A model generated the notes under the pieces. The model was given only the letters and a program-made list of their open reading frames with translations, was not told the origin of the DNA and did not search any database. DNA of 64,000 nucleotides from an uncultured cyanobacterium (GTDB taxonomy: Bacteria > Cyanobacteriota > Cyanobacteriia > PCC-6307 > Cyanobiaceae): the NCBI GenBank assembly GCA_963765575.1, contig CAVXWZ010000001.1, positions 352,001 through 416,000 of the forward strand. Reading direction: 5' to 3'. Made by a program: the position numbers and the translations under genes. Shown piece after piece: positions 1 through 10,519 of this stretch (positions within the stretch are counted from its first letter, which is position 1; each line of letters starts with the position of its first letter).

Positions 1-352
1 GGAAATAGCTGGTGCGCTCGCGGATCTCGCGCCGGTCGAGACCCTGCAGCTCCATGCCGAAGGCCACGTTCTGGGCAGCCGTGAGCCAGGGGTAGAGGCT
101 GTACTTCTGGAACACCATGCCCCGGTCCGAGCCCGGGCCGCGCACGGGGGCACCGTCGAGGGTGATCACGCCGGCACTGGGCTGATCCAGCCCGGCCACC
201 AGCCGCATCATCGTGGACTTGCCGGAGCCGGAGCTGCCCACCAGGGCCACGAACTCGCCGGTGTTGACGCTGAAGTTGATGGTCTCGAGCACGAGCTTGC
301 GGCGGCGGCCGGTGCCGAAGCTCTTGCTCACCTGATCAACGCAAAGCTGCAT
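1..352 (-). CDS. ABC transporter ATP-binding subunit (NitT/TauT type), runs off the window edge
   Basis: Manual translation from ATG at 352: MQLCVDQVSKSFGTG...GEFVALVGSSGSGKST (Walker A)...MVFQKYSLYPW; follows the permease. Confidence 0.9.
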   Translation of the reverse strand, partial: MQLCVDQVSKSFGTGRRRKLVLETINFSVNTGEFVALVGSSGSGKSTMMRLVAGLDQPSAGVITLDGAPVRGPGSDRGMVFQKYSLYPWLTAAQNVAFGMELQGLDRREIRERTSYF

Positions 353-380
353 GAGGGGATCGACGGCGTTGGCGGCGGAC

Positions 381-1148
381 TCAGTTGGCCCAGGCACAGG
401 CCCGGCGCATCACCAGCCGGAAGCCCAGATCGATCACCAGCCCGATCAGGCCGATCACGATCAGTCCCAGAAAGATCTCATCGGTGCGTAGAAAGCGCTG
501 GGCCAGGCTGATGCGCTTGCCCAGCCCCTCGTTGGCCGCCACCAGTTCGGCGACGATCACCAGATTCCAGGCGGCGGCCATGTTGATCCGGTAGGCGTCG
601 ATCACCTGGGGGGCGATGCAGGGGGTGATCACCCGCAACAGCACCTGGGAGCTGCGGCCGCCGAGGGTGAGGGCGGTCTCCACCAGTTCGCGGGGCACGA
701 ACTTCACCGCATCCATGATCATCAGCGTGTTGAAGAACAGGGTGCCGATGAAGATCAGCAGGATCTTCGGCAACTCGCCCAGGCCGAAATAGATGATCAG
801 CAGGGGAATGAACGCCGGTGCCGGCATGTAGCGGATCAGCCCCACCAGCGGCTCCAGCAGCCGGTTGATCACGGTGCTGGTGCCCATGGCGATGCCGAGG
901 GGCAGGGCCACGATGGCCGAGAGGCCGAAGCCGCCCAGCACCCGCCCCACACTTGCCACCAGGTCGGCCCAGAGCAGCCCCTCGCTGGCCTGCTCCTGGC
1001 CGGCCGCCCACACCGCCGCCGGACTGGGCAGAAACAGGGGATCCACCAGCTGGAGGCCGGTGACCAGGGTCCAGATCAGCAGCACCACCAGCACCCCGGT
1101 GAGGCCGAGGATCCAGGGGTGCCGGACCAGCTCCTGCAGTCGCGCCAT
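381..1148 (-). CDS. ABC transporter permease (NitT/TauT family), probably for guanidine uptake
   Basis: Hydrophobic ORF with EAA-like loop ELVETALTLGG and AWNLVIVAELVAANEGLG; operon context. Confidence 0.9.
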   Translation of the reverse strand: MARLQELVRHPWILGLTGVLVVLLIWTLVTGLQLVDPLFLPSPAAVWAAGQEQASEGLLWADLVASVGRVLGGFGLSAIVALPLGIAMGTSTVINRLLEPLVGLIRYMPAPAFIPLLIIYFGLGELPKILLIFIGTLFFNTLMIMDAVKFVPRELVETALTLGGRSSQVLLRVITPCIAPQVIDAYRINMAAAWNLVIVAELVAANEGLGKRISLAQRFLRTDEIFLGLIVIGLIGLVIDLGFRLVMRRACAWAN

Positions 1149-1169
1149 GGCCGCCAGCGCCTCCCCGCC

Positions 1170-2207
1170 TCAGTTGGCCTGGGCCGCTTTGACGAAGCGG
1201 CCCTCGAACAGGCCGTCGAGCGGCGGCGGGCTGTCCGCCAGCCCCACCTGCTGCAGGAAGGTGCTGATCTGCTCGGCGGCGAAGGGCAGCGAGGCCATGG
1301 TGGTGCCGGGCTCGAGGGCCTGCAGGTTGTCGTCGAGGCTGAACAGGGTGGTGCCGGCCTCGTACTCCCGGTACTCGTCTTCGCTCACACCGCCGCGGGC
1401 ACTGAGGATGGTCAGTGAGCCCTCGGGATCAGCCTCCATCGCCGCCAGGGTGGCGAACCAGGCATTCACCACCGCCTGCACCTTCTCCGGGTTGTTGGCC
1501 ACGAACTCCGAGCGGCACACCAGGTGGTCGCTGATGGCGCCGGGGAAGTCGGCCGAGGAGAACAGGGTGGTGCTGCCGTCACGCCTGAGGGCCTGGGTGG
1601 TGAAGGGAGCGAACACGCCCACCGCATCCACCTGGCCGGCCACAAAGGCGGCGGCGGCGGCGCCTGTCTCCAGGGGCACGAAGGTGATGTCGTCGGCGGA
1701 GAGGCCCGCCTCCTCAAGGCCGAGCAACAGCAGATAGTGGTCCACGGTGCCTTCTTCGGCGGCCACCGACTTGCCCTGGAGATCGGCGATGGTGTTGATG
1801 CCCTCGGCCACGATGATCTGGTCGTTGCCGGTGGAGTTGTCGTTGGTGAGCACCACCTGCAGGTCGGCGCCGCCGGCGACCGAAGAGATCGTGTCGTTCA
1901 GGGTCTGGCTGTTGCAGTCGAGCTGGCCGGCGTTGAGGGCGTTGATCGAATCGAGGTAGCCGTCAAACCACTGCAGGGTCACCGGCACGCCGAACAGGCC
2001 CTTCTCCTCGGTGACCTGCCAGGGGATCCAGCCGGGCCAGGCGCTGAAACCGATCCGCACCGGCGTGTCGGAGCTGCCGCCGCCCTGGTCGCCGCCCCGG
2101 CCGCCACAGGCGGTGAGGGCGCCGGCGCCGAGGCCGAGCAACAGCAGGGTGGCCAGCAGGCGGGTGCGCGTGCGGCGCCGGGGACGGGGAGTGGTCATGG
2201 GGATCAA
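1170..2207 (-). CDS. ABC transporter substrate-binding lipoprotein, probably guanidine-binding
   Basis: Lipobox LTAC; IGFSAWPGWIPW and STGNDQII motifs; same operon as gdmH. Confidence 0.85.
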   Translation of the reverse strand: MIPMTTPRPRRRTRTRLLATLLLLGLGAGALTACGGRGGDQGGGSSDTPVRIGFSAWPGWIPWQVTEEKGLFGVPVTLQWFDGYLDSINALNAGQLDCNSQTLNDTISSVAGGADLQVVLTNDNSTGNDQIIVAEGINTIADLQGKSVAAEEGTVDHYLLLLGLEEAGLSADDITFVPLETGAAAAAFVAGQVDAVGVFAPFTTQALRRDGSTTLFSSADFPGAISDHLVCRSEFVANNPEKVQAVVNAWFATLAAMEADPEGSLTILSARGGVSEDEYREYEAGTTLFSLDDNLQALEPGTTMASLPFAAEQISTFLQQVGLADSPPPLDGLFEGRFVKAAQAN

Positions 2208-2263
2208 GGCGGAGTTGGGGTTGGAGCTGGAATCGATGGAGTCGGATCAGGAAGCGGCAGGCG

Positions 2264-2989
2264 TCATGGGCTCACCAGCTCCGGAATCGGCGCCTCGGAT
2301 GCGCCGCGCGCGGCCTGCAGCAGCGCCCGCTGCTGCTCCAGCCAGGCGTGCCAGGCCGCCAGGCCCTCGCCGTTGGTGGCCGACACGCGGATCACGGCGC
2401 AGCGCGGATTCACCTGGCGGATGTGGGCTTCGATCCGCTCCACGTCCACCGGCAGGTAGGGCAGCAGGTCGGTCTTGGTGATCAGCACGCAGTCGGCCTC
2501 GCGGAACATCACCGGGTACTTGAGGGGCTTGTCTTCCCCTTCGGTGACGCTGAGCAGGGCCACCTTGCGGTGCTCGCCGATGGCGAATTCGGCGGGGCAC
2601 ACCAGGTTGCCCACGTTCTCCACCCAGAGCAGATCGAGGCCGGCGGGATCGAGGCGCTGGCCCAGCAGCCGGAGGCCGCCACTCACCATCGCCGCATCCA
2701 GATGGCAGGCGCGGCCGGTGGTGATCGGCACCACCGGCACGCCCACGGCCTGCAGCCGCTCGGCGTCGAGCTGGGTGGTCATGTCGCCCTCCAGCACCGC
2801 CATGGCGTAGGTGCCGGCCAGCTGGGCCAGGGAGCGCTCCAGCAGGGAGGTCTTGCCGGCGCCGGGGCTGCTCATCACGTTCAGGCAGAGCAGCTGCCAG
2901 GCGTCGAAGTGCTCGCGGTTGTGCTCCGCCTGGTGCTCATTGGCCGCCAGCAGGTTGAGGCCGAGGGTGTCTTCCAGGGACATGTGCAT
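2264..2989 (-). CDS. hypB: HypB-like nickel-insertion GTPase (GhaB-type accessory of guanidine hydrolase)
   Basis: [37 protein letters not shown] motifs. Confidence 0.93.
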   Translation of the reverse strand: MHMSLEDTLGLNLLAANEHQAEHNREHFDAWQLLCLNVMSSPGAGKTSLLERSLAQLAGTYAMAVLEGDMTTQLDAERLQAVGVPVVPITTGRACHLDAAMVSGGLRLLGQRLDPAGLDLLWVENVGNLVCPAEFAIGEHRKVALLSVTEGEDKPLKYPVMFREADCVLITKTDLLPYLPVDVERIEAHIRQVNPRCAVIRVSATNGEGLAAWHAWLEQQRALLQAARGASEAPIPELVSP

Positions 2990-2994
2990 GGCGA

Positions 2995-3405
2995 TCAGGC
3001 GCAGGGGGAGAGTGATGCAGAAGGGTGGCCGGAACAGGCCTCGCTGCGGTGATCGAGGCTGTAATCCACCGAGCGGATCTTCAGCTCGCGGCCGCTCACG
3101 ATCTCCTCCATCGGGTGCTGGCAGCAGGGGGAGCGGTAGCCCGCTTCGGCGCTGGGCTGGTAGGTGCCGTTGCAGAGCACGCAGCGGCCCACCAGGGGCA
3201 CCGATTCGATCGCCAGGCGGGCTCCGGCCAGCCAGCTCGACTGCACGGCCGCCTGCCAGGTGGACACCAGCTGAGCGGGTTCAACGCAGGTGAAGTCCCC
3301 CACCAGCAGGTGCACGGTGGCCACCTTGGGTGTGGCCGGGGCGTGGCCCTGCTTCCACTCGTTCATCGAGAGCAGCAGGCACTTGGTCATGTCGACTTCG
3401 TGCAT
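2995..3405 (-). CDS. hypA: HypA-like nickel metallochaperone (GhaA-type)
   Basis: N-terminal MHE, CxxC, SPCC, SGRELKI. Confidence 0.9.
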   Translation of the reverse strand: MHEVDMTKCLLLSMNEWKQGHAPATPKVATVHLLVGDFTCVEPAQLVSTWQAAVQSSWLAGARLAIESVPLVGRCVLCNGTYQPSAEAGYRSPCCQHPMEEIVSGRELKIRSVDYSLDHRSEACSGHPSASLSPCA

Positions 3406-3409
3406 GGTC

Positions 3410-4615
3410 CTATCTCCATTTCTGATCGACGGCCATGTTGCAGTGATCGTGCAGCCAGGCCGGTTTCTCTTTCCTGGGCAGCTGGCCGCTCACCACCAGG
3501 TGGGCCATCACATCGCAGATCACGCGGGTGGCCATCAGCGAGGTCATGTCGCTGATGTCGTAAGGGGGCGACACCTCCACCACCTCAAGGCCGCAGACCG
3601 GCACGTTGCGCACGATCAACTCCAGCAACTTCAGTGCTTCGCGGGGCAGCAGGCCGCCGGGTTCGGGCCAGCCGGTGCCGGGCACGAAGCCGGCGTCGAT
3701 GCAGTCGATGTCGAAGGAGATGTAGACGCAGTCGGTGCCATCGGTGGCGCGCTCGATCGCGTACTGGGCGGCCGCCTCCAGGCCCATGTCGCAGATGTCG
3801 GTGACGGTGAGCACGTTGGTGCCCCGCTCGCGGCACACCTTCACCCCTTCGCGCGGCACCTGCCAGCCGCCGATGCCCAGTTGCACCAGGTTTTCGGCCG
3901 GGGCGTTGGCCATGTTCGTGGCGTGGAACCACGGACAGGTGTGCATGCGCTCGTCGAGGTCGATCTCCTGGGTGTCGACATGGCGATCGAAGTGGATGAT
4001 GCCCACCTTCTTGTCGCCCAGGTGGCGGCAGACGCCCCGCACGGTGGGAAAGCCGATCGAGTGATCGCCGCCGAGGATGATCGGGAAGGCGCCACTGGCG
4101 AACACGTGGGCCACGCCCTTGGAGATCTGATCGAAGCTCTTCTCGTTGTTGGCGGGAATCGTGAAGATGTCGCCCACATCGCAGAGCCGGATCGACTCGC
4201 GCAGGTCGACGCCCATCTCGTAGTTGTAGGGCGTGTAGAGGGCCGAGATGCGGCGGATGCCCTGGGGCCCGAAGCGGGTGCCGGGCCGGTAGGTGGTGCC
4301 GGAATCGTGGGGCACCCCCAGGATCGCCACATCGAACTCGCCGACGCGGTTCACGTCTTCGATGTAGGGCGCCTTCATGAAGGTGTTGATGCCCGCGTAG
4401 TGGGGCAGCTCGCCGCGCGAGAAGGTGGAGATGCGCCGATCGACGATGCTCTCGGCCGCCTCCAGGCCATAGCGCAGGCCCTGATCCACCTCCTGCTGCC
4501 AGCCGGTGAGCGGCAGGCGGGCTTCCTTCTCCAGGGCCTCGGCGCCCTGGCGGCCCGTGGCTGGAGCCTGAGTGCGCCGGTCAAAGGCCCCTTCAGGGCC
4601 TGGAGATGCGGTCAT
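3410..4615 (-). CDS. gdmH: Ni-dependent guanidine hydrolase (arginase/agmatinase family)
   Basis: GGDHSIG, HFDRHVD, SFDIDCIDAGFVPGTGWPEPGG; downstream of a guanidine-I riboswitch and upstream of hypA/hypB; start placed at ATG 4615 rather than the longer ORF call. Confidence 0.9.
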   Translation of the reverse strand: MTASPGPEGAFDRRTQAPATGRQGAEALEKEARLPLTGWQQEVDQGLRYGLEAAESIVDRRISTFSRGELPHYAGINTFMKAPYIEDVNRVGEFDVAILGVPHDSGTTYRPGTRFGPQGIRRISALYTPYNYEMGVDLRESIRLCDVGDIFTIPANNEKSFDQISKGVAHVFASGAFPIILGGDHSIGFPTVRGVCRHLGDKKVGIIHFDRHVDTQEIDLDERMHTCPWFHATNMANAPAENLVQLGIGGWQVPREGVKVCRERGTNVLTVTDICDMGLEAAAQYAIERATDGTDCVYISFDIDCIDAGFVPGTGWPEPGGLLPREALKLLELIVRNVPVCGLEVVEVSPPYDISDMTSLMATRVICDVMAHLVVSGQLPRKEKPAWLHDHCNMAVDQKWR

Positions 4616-4644
4616 GGCACGACACGGAGGTGGGGGTGTGCGGT

Positions 4645-4763
4645 CTCCCGGGCTTTTATCCCTCCGTGCAACCGGGTGACCCCGGTGAGCTTCTCTCGGA
4701 CCAGACGTCTCAAGGGCATGGCATGGAGGGCCACACCTGATCGAGACCGGAACCCTAGAAGCT
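4645..4763 (-). ncRNA. Guanidine-I (ykkC-yxkD) riboswitch
   Basis: Minus strand reads CUUCUAGGGUUCCG...GUCUGGUCCGAGAGAAG...CACGGAGGGAUAAAAGCCCGGGAG, the conserved ykkC blocks, about 30 nt upstream of gdmH. Confidence 0.93.
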
Positions 4764-4777
4764 GCTTCCGCCCCGGA

Positions 4778-4819
4778 ACCCTCTCCCAGGAGTTGGCTGA
4801 GCGTTGTGGTGGTTGTTAC
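4778..4819 (-). promoter_or_regulatory. Candidate NtcA-activated promoter
   Basis: Minus strand GTA-N8-CAC (4819-4806), 22-nt spacer, then GAGGGT -10-like hexamer (4783-4778), just upstream of the riboswitch; one mismatch to GTA-N8-TAC. Confidence 0.55.
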
Positions 4820-4921
4820 CGAGCCCCGAAGCTGACCTGCAGGGAGCCGGAAACCCACAACACCAAGCTCCGGCGCTGAGCCCTCAATGGCGAGAATCAA
4901 GGCATTGCCGTTGCGATCACC

Positions 4922-5200
4922 GTGAAGTACTCCACCTATCGCTACGCCAGGATGCTGCCCGTGATTCTGGGAATTCTGGCCTATGCCCTGTGGCGGGTGT
5001 TGAAGGCCTACGACGCGCTCTTTGGCCATCCCCTTGTGCTGATGCTTCTCTTCCTGCCTGCGTTGATCGTGGCTTACTTCACGATTGTCAGAAACGGATA
5101 CTGTCCGGAATGCAAGATGCCCTTTGGCCGGGAAATCAGTCGCACCTGTGTGCGCTGCGGCCATGTGTTCAGCCGCGATGACTCCGTTTCCAGGAGCTGA
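4922..5200 (+). CDS. Small membrane protein with C-terminal zinc-ribbon
   Basis: Two hydrophobic segments, then CPEC-x11-CVRC. Confidence 0.55.
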   Translation: MKYSTYRYARMLPVILGILAYALWRVLKAYDALFGHPLVLMLLFLPALIVAYFTIVRNGYCPECKMPFGREISRTCVRCGHVFSRDDSVSRS

Positions 5201-5251
5201 CTGGATCCATCAGCCAACACCAGGCGACGGCGTTGAGCACGGCGCCGCCGT

Positions 5252-6641
5252 TCAGAGCATCCGCTCGGGTTGTACCCAGCGATCGAAGTCGTCCCCGCTC
5301 AGCTCCCCCACCACCAGGGCCGCCTGCTTGAGGCTGAGCCCGTGCTGGTGGGCGTGTTTGGCGATGGCGCAGGCGCGGTCGTAGCCGATGGCGGGGGTGA
5401 GGGCTGTGACCAGCATCAGGCTCTGGTCGAGCAGGGCGGCGATGCGGGCCCGATCGGGCTCCAGGCCCTCGATGCAGTGCTGGCGGAAGGCAGTGCAGCT
5501 GCCCGCCAGCAGCTCGATGCTCTCCAGCACGTTGTGGGCGATCAGGGGCTTGAACACGTTCAGCTCGAAGTTGCCCTGGCTGGCGGCCATCTGCACGGCG
5601 GTGTTGTTGCCCATCACCTGCACCGCCACCATGGTGAGGCTCTCGCACTGGGTGGGATTCACCTTGCCGGGCATGATCGAGCTGCCCGGTTCGTTCTCCG
5701 GCAGCACCAGTTCGCCGAGGCCGCAACGGGGCCCACTGGCCAGCCAGCGGATGTCGTTGGCGATCTTCAGCAGCGATCCGGCCAGCACCGTGAGCGCCCC
5801 GTGCAGGGCAGCCAGGGGCTCATGGCCGGCCAGGGCCTGGAACTTGTTGGGGGCGCTGGTGAACGGCAGCTCGAGCCGGGCCGAGAGCCGGGCGGCCACG
5901 GCTTCCCCAAAGCCCGCCGGAGCGTTCAGACCCGTGCCCACGGCGGTGGCGCCGATCGCCAGTTGCCGCACCTGGGGCAGCACGGCAGCGAGGCCCTCCA
6001 GCCCCAGCTGCAACTGGGCCGCATAGCCGCTGAACTCCTGGCCGAGGCTGAGGGGCACCGCATCCTGCAGGTGGGTGCGGCCGATCTTGACGATGCCGCT
6101 GAAGGCTGCGGCCTTGTCGGCCAGCTGCTGCTGCAGGGCCTCCAGCGCCGGCATCAGCCGCTGCTCGAGCTGCAGCGCCACCGCCACGTGCAGGGCGGTG
6201 GGGAAGGTGTCGTTGCTCGACTGGCTGAGGTTCACGTGGTCGTTGGGGTGCACCGGGGCTCTTGCTGCCCAACACGCCACCGGCGGCCTCGATCGCCCGG
6301 TTGGCGATCACCTCGTTCACGTTCATGTTGGTCTGGGTGCCGGAGCCCGTCTGCCACACCTTGAGGGGAAATTCGGCATCGAGATCGCCGCTGGCCACCT
6401 CCTCGGCCGCCGCCACGATCAGTGCCGCCAACTCCGCGCTGAGCTTGCCTTCGGCGGCATTCACCTCGGCGCAGGCGGCCTTGAGCTGCCCGAAGGCCTG
6501 CACCACCGCCAGGGGCATGGCCTGGCCGAAGGGGAAGAAGTGGATCGAGCGCTGGGTCTGGGCGCCCCAGTAGTGCTCAGCCGGGACGGCGAGGCTGCCG
6601 AGGCTGTCGGTTTCGCGGCGCTGGCTGCCGGGATCGCTCAT
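5252..6641 (-). CDS. fumC: Class II fumarate hydratase, frameshift near 6255 (probably a read error)
   Basis: [12 protein letters not shown] in one frame; [18 protein letters not shown] and [15 protein letters not shown] in the next. Confidence 0.93.
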
Positions 6642-7282
6642 TGGCGCGGGGTCCCGGAGCCCACCACCTCGGCGTTGAGCTCGTTGATGCTCACGGTGCT
6701 GGTGCCACTGCGGAAGGACTCGGGCAGGGGGATGTCGGTGGCCTCGCTCACCGCCTCGTTGATCGACCCCAGGTTCACCTGGCCCTCGGCATCGAGCAGC
6801 ACGCGGCCGTCTTTGGCGAACACCACCACCTGGGGGGTGAAACCACGCCAGTAATGGGCCGGGTCGTCATTGCCGGTGTCGGCACGGTTCTGCAGCGGGT
6901 CGGTGACCAGGGGAATCAGATCGATGGTGTTGCCCCAGAGGCGCTGCAGCTCCGATACCACCGGCGCGAACTGCTTGCTGGCGGCATCGTCGTCGAGGTA
7001 ATAGACCACCACCGCCGCGCGGCCCTTCGCCAGGGACTGGGCCAGGGTGCCGCGGGGGGGCACCAGGGAGCCGTTGCCGGCGTAGAGGGCGTAGATGTTG
7101 CCGTCGTAGGTGTCGCTGGTGAGGGCGGCGCCGGCGGCGGCGGGAGCCAGCAGCGGCAACAGCAGCAGCAGCGAGAAGGTCAGCGAGAGGGCGAGGCGCA
7201 GCACCGCCGCAGGCCCCCTGGTGTGGCTGGAATGGTCCGCTGCCCCTTGCTGCCCCACGTTGCTCTCCCGGTGTGGCGCCAT
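6638..7282 (-). CDS. Thioredoxin-like thylakoid protein (photosystem I accumulation factor family)
   Basis: [18 protein letters not shown] motif after a signal/TM segment; start uncertain. Confidence 0.75.
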   Translation of the reverse strand: MAPHRESNVGQQGAADHSSHTRGPAAVLRLALSLTFSLLLLLPLLAPAAAGAALTSDTYDGNIYALYAGNGSLVPPRGTLAQSLAKGRAAVVVYYLDDDAASKQFAPVVSELQRLWGNTIDLIPLVTDPLQNRADTGNDDPAHYWRGFTPQVVVFAKDGRVLLDAEGQVNLGSINEAVSEATDIPLPESFRSGTSTVSINELNAEVVGSGTPRQ

Positions 7283-7298
7283 TGTGGCTGCCAGGGCG

Positions 7299-9026
7299 CT
7301 ACTGGCGGCCGAGGCTGCGGCCCATTCCCTGCAGGATGCCGCGCCCCACCAGGCCGATGGCCCGGCCCACCACCTGGGTGAGCAGCACCACCACCAGATC
7401 GCCGATTCCCTTGAGCAGGGAACGCAGCTGGGGGGCGATGGCGTCGCGGGTCTCCAGCGCCAGGGTCACGAGCTGCTGCAGCCCGGCCAGCCGGCGCAGC
7501 TCCCCATCCCGCGGCTCCAGAAGCTGCACGCTGGCGATGCCGGTGCCCTCGAGGGTGAGCAGCTGGCGGCGGCTTTCGTAGAGCGCGATCGGCCGCTCCA
7601 CCCAGCTCAGCCAGCGCTGCTGGGCATTGAGCTGGTTGCGCAGCCGCTCCAGGCTGCGGGTGGAGAGCAGTTCGGGGCGCAGCAGATAGCGGCGCAGCTC
7701 CGGCCAGGACCCGCAGCAGGCGAGCACATCGGCGGCCAGCAGCTCGGCGCTGCGCAGCAGCCAGTTGGCCACCAGCTGCTCGAGATGCAGCACCGCCCGC
7801 GGGTCATCCACCGGCAGCAGCTGACCATCCACCAGCAGCGGCCTGGCCAGCACCAGGGCGGCGAGCATCGGCTGGGCGTCGGGCAGTTCGGGATCGCCGG
7901 CCTGCAGGTCGCTGCCGCTCACCAGGGTGGCGGCCACCGGCTGCAGATCGCCCGCCAGGGGCAGCTGCACGTAGGGACTGGCCATCTGCCGCAGCGCCTG
8001 CTCCCGCAGTTCCGGTTGCAGGGCGCGCCAGCGCGCCATCAGGTCGAGGACGGCATGGCCTTCGCTGCCCCCCGGCCCGCTCGCCGGCCCGCCGGCCGCC
8101 ACTTCCGTGGCCAGCTGGCGGCGCAGGCGATCGAGTTGCTGCACCAGGGCGATCAACAGGTCGATGCGGCGGTCGTGGTTGAGACCGTCGATCGCCAGCA
8201 GCTGGCCACTGCGGTTGGCCAGGCCGGTTTCGATCGCCTGGGTGAGCCGCCGCTGCACCGTGTGCCAGATGCCGGCGGCATTGCGCTCGCGCAGGGTGAG
8301 GCTGCCGCCTGGGCCGGGCAGGTCGCCACCGCCGGCCAGCGACGACGGGGTTTCTGCCTGCAGCTCCGCCGGGCCGTTGGCCTGGGGTTCGCTCCAGGCC
8401 ATGCTCACCGGTCCCCACAGCCACAGCAGCAGCCGCCGGGCCCAGGCCAGTTCGCGCAGGCGGCCCTGCAGCATCAGCCGGGCCAGCGGATGGATGGCGG
8501 GGCGGGCCAGCAGCAGCTGGCAGCCGGCCATCGCCATGGCGATCTGATCCAGGCCGCTGAGCAGCAGGGCCTGGCCCAGGCCGACCTTGCCGGCCCCCAT
8601 CCCGCCCGCTGCCACCCCGCTCGCGGACGCTGCGCGCGCGGATTCAGCAGTGGCGGCGGGGCTGAGGTCGAGCACGCGGCCCCCGCCGCGCAGGGTGGCG
8701 ATGGCCTCCAGCAGCCGCTCGGGGCTGGGGTCCTCCAGCAGCCCCTGAGCGGGCAGTTGCAGCAGGGTCTCGCGGCTGAAGCCATGGCCGGCAGCGAGCA
8801 GCACCAGCAGGGGCGCTGGCTGCCAGCGCTCACGCAGCAGCGTGGCTTCCCGTCGCAGGCTGGCCGCAGCGGTGCCGCTGGCCGGGCGCCAGAGCAGCAG
8901 CGCCGGGGCCGACTGCAGATCGCCGACGCCCTCCACCACCGTGAGGTCGGGGAGGGCGTCGCGGAACAACCGTGTCAGGCCGGCGGCGAGCAGGGGTTCA
9001 GCGATCAGCAGGAGCTGGGTGCTCAC
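7299..9026 (-). CDS. DUF3685 / Ycf55-like protein with degenerate receiver domain
   Basis: LLSTRSLERLRNQLN, ALETRDAIAPQL, LTQVVGRAIGLVGRGILQGMG. Confidence 0.8.
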   Translation of the reverse strand: MSTQLLLIAEPLLAAGLTRLFRDALPDLTVVEGVGDLQSAPALLLWRPASGTAAASLRREATLLRERWQPAPLLVLLAAGHGFSRETLLQLPAQGLLEDPSPERLLEAIATLRGGGRVLDLSPAATAESARAASASGVAAGGMGAGKVGLGQALLLSGLDQIAMAMAGCQLLLARPAIHPLARLMLQGRLRELAWARRLLLWLWGPVSMAWSEPQANGPAELQAETPSSLAGGGDLPGPGGSLTLRERNAAGIWHTVQRRLTQAIETGLANRSGQLLAIDGLNHDRRIDLLIALVQQLDRLRRQLATEVAAGGPASGPGGSEGHAVLDLMARWRALQPELREQALRQMASPYVQLPLAGDLQPVAATLVSGSDLQAGDPELPDAQPMLAALVLARPLLVDGQLLPVDDPRAVLHLEQLVANWLLRSAELLAADVLACCGSWPELRRYLLRPELLSTRSLERLRNQLNAQQRWLSWVERPIALYESRRQLLTLEGTGIASVQLLEPRDGELRRLAGLQQLVTLALETRDAIAPQLRSLLKGIGDLVVVLLTQVVGRAIGLVGRGILQGMGRSLGRQ

Positions 9027-9123
9027 GCGGCAGGGCCTGGCGTTGGCCCAGGCTACCGAGGGCGGCCAGGGGGGGCCAAGGCTGTCCGGTCAGTGCCGAA
9101 GGCGGTCAGCATGGCGCGGTCGA

Positions 9124-9600
9124 TCAGTGGCGCGGCCGGCCGGTGAGGTGGAGGGTGTAGGTCTCGATCCGGTAGCCGGTGTGCCGCTCGATCTGCTCCA
9201 GCAGCTCCGGCGGCAGCGCCACATCCAGATCGCGGATCGCCCCCGACTCCACGCAGGTGAGGTGGCTGTGGGGATCGCTGCGGTAGCCGTAGAGGCGGCC
9301 GCTGGCCCGGTCGAGGCATTCGATCACCCCGGCGGACTGCAGGGCTTCGAGGTTCTGGTAGACGGAGGTGTGGCCGATGTTGCGGCCGAGGTCGTTGAGC
9401 TTCTCGAAGATGTCGCGGGCGCTGAGGTGACTCTTCTCGCTCCAGAGCAGATCGAGCACCATGCGGCGCTGGCGGCTCAGGCGCATGCCCAGATCACGGC
9501 AGCGGCGGTAAACCTCGTCAACGCTCGCGCAGATCGGATCACTGGTGGAAGTGCCGGGCTGGATGCCGGTGGGCCCAGTTGTGGCGGGGGCGGCACTCAA
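9124..9600 (-). CDS. Fur-family transcriptional regulator
   Basis: RLSRQRRMVL, HLSARDIF, TSVYQNL, HSHLTC. Confidence 0.88.
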   Translation of the reverse strand: MSAAPATTGPTGIQPGTSTSDPICASVDEVYRRCRDLGMRLSRQRRMVLDLLWSEKSHLSARDIFEKLNDLGRNIGHTSVYQNLEALQSAGVIECLDRASGRLYGYRSDPHSHLTCVESGAIRDLDVALPPELLEQIERHTGYRIETYTLHLTGRPRH

Positions 9601-9687
9601 GCGTGACAGCGGCTCTTGACACCGGCATCGGGACTGGTCCAGTTATAGGTCAACCCGCAATGACTCCGCCTAGGCGATGCCTCCCGC

Positions 9688-10461
9688 CTAGGCGATGCCG
9701 CCGCTGCCCGGCTGGTTGAAGACATCCTGCAGGCGCTCGCTGCCGATGGCCCGCAGGGCTTCGGCCAGATCCACGCGGCCGTCGTAGAGGGCCCGGCCCA
9801 CGATCACCCCCTCCACCCCCAGGGGTTCGAGGGCCAGCAGGGTGAGCAGGTGCTCCAGGCTGCCGATGCCGCCCGAGGCGATCACCGGCACGTCGCTGGC
9901 CTCGGCCATGGCGCGCAGGGCCTCCAGGTTGGGACCGGCCAGGGTGCCGTCGGTGGCGATGTCGGTGCTGATGATCGCGGCGATGGCGCTGCCGCTGAAG
10001 CGCCGGGCCAGGGCTGTGGCCTCGGTGCTGCTCTCCTCAATCCAGCCGCGGGTGGCGACGCGGCCGTTGCGGGCGTCGATGCCCACGACGATGCGGCCGG
10101 GGTGGCGGGCCGCCAGCTGGTCCACCAGCTCAGGCTGCTCCAGGGCCACCGTGCCCAGGATCACCCGATCGAGACCGCAGCCCAGCAGCTCCTCGGCGCG
10201 CTCGGCGCTGCGCACGCCGCCGCCGAGCTGCACCGGAATGTCCAGGGCGGCGGTGATCGCCTTGACCGCCGCATCGTTGCGCGGCAGGCCGCTGCGGGCG
10301 CCATCGAGATCCACCAGGTGCAGGCGCTCGGCGCCCTGCCGCTGCCAGTTCAGGGCCTGGGCCACCGGGTCGTCGCTGAAGCGCGTCACCTGGTCGTAGT
10401 CGCCCTGGTGCAGGCGCACGCAGTGACCGTCGAGCAGGTCGATGGCGGGGATGACGTGCAT
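9688..10461 (-). CDS. hisA: ProFAR isomerase
   Basis: MHVIPAIDLLDGHCVRLHQGDY, LHLVDLDGA, QLGGGVR, TDIATDGTLAGPN; start at ATG 10461. Confidence 0.95.
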   Translation of the reverse strand: MHVIPAIDLLDGHCVRLHQGDYDQVTRFSDDPVAQALNWQRQGAERLHLVDLDGARSGLPRNDAAVKAITAALDIPVQLGGGVRSAERAEELLGCGLDRVILGTVALEQPELVDQLAARHPGRIVVGIDARNGRVATRGWIEESSTEATALARRFSGSAIAAIISTDIATDGTLAGPNLEALRAMAEASDVPVIASGGIGSLEHLLTLLALEPLGVEGVIVGRALYDGRVDLAEALRAIGSERLQDVFNQPGSGGIA

Positions 10462-10519
10462 CGCGGTCGTTGGGCGCTGAGCTTCTGACAGGCAGGCTGC
10501 CAGAGCCGGCGCCGCCGCC

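Noticed and set aside
2264..3405. Hydrogenase maturation locus
   Set aside because: No hydrogenase genes nearby; the context indicates nickel delivery to guanidine hydrolase.
4616..5164. N-terminal extension of gdmH in the 584-aa ORF call
   Set aside because: It would run through the riboswitch and promoter and has no protein-like features.
5252..6641. fumC as a true pseudogene or programmed frameshift
   Set aside because: Single indel beside a G-run; similar indels affect many unrelated genes, so read error is more likely.
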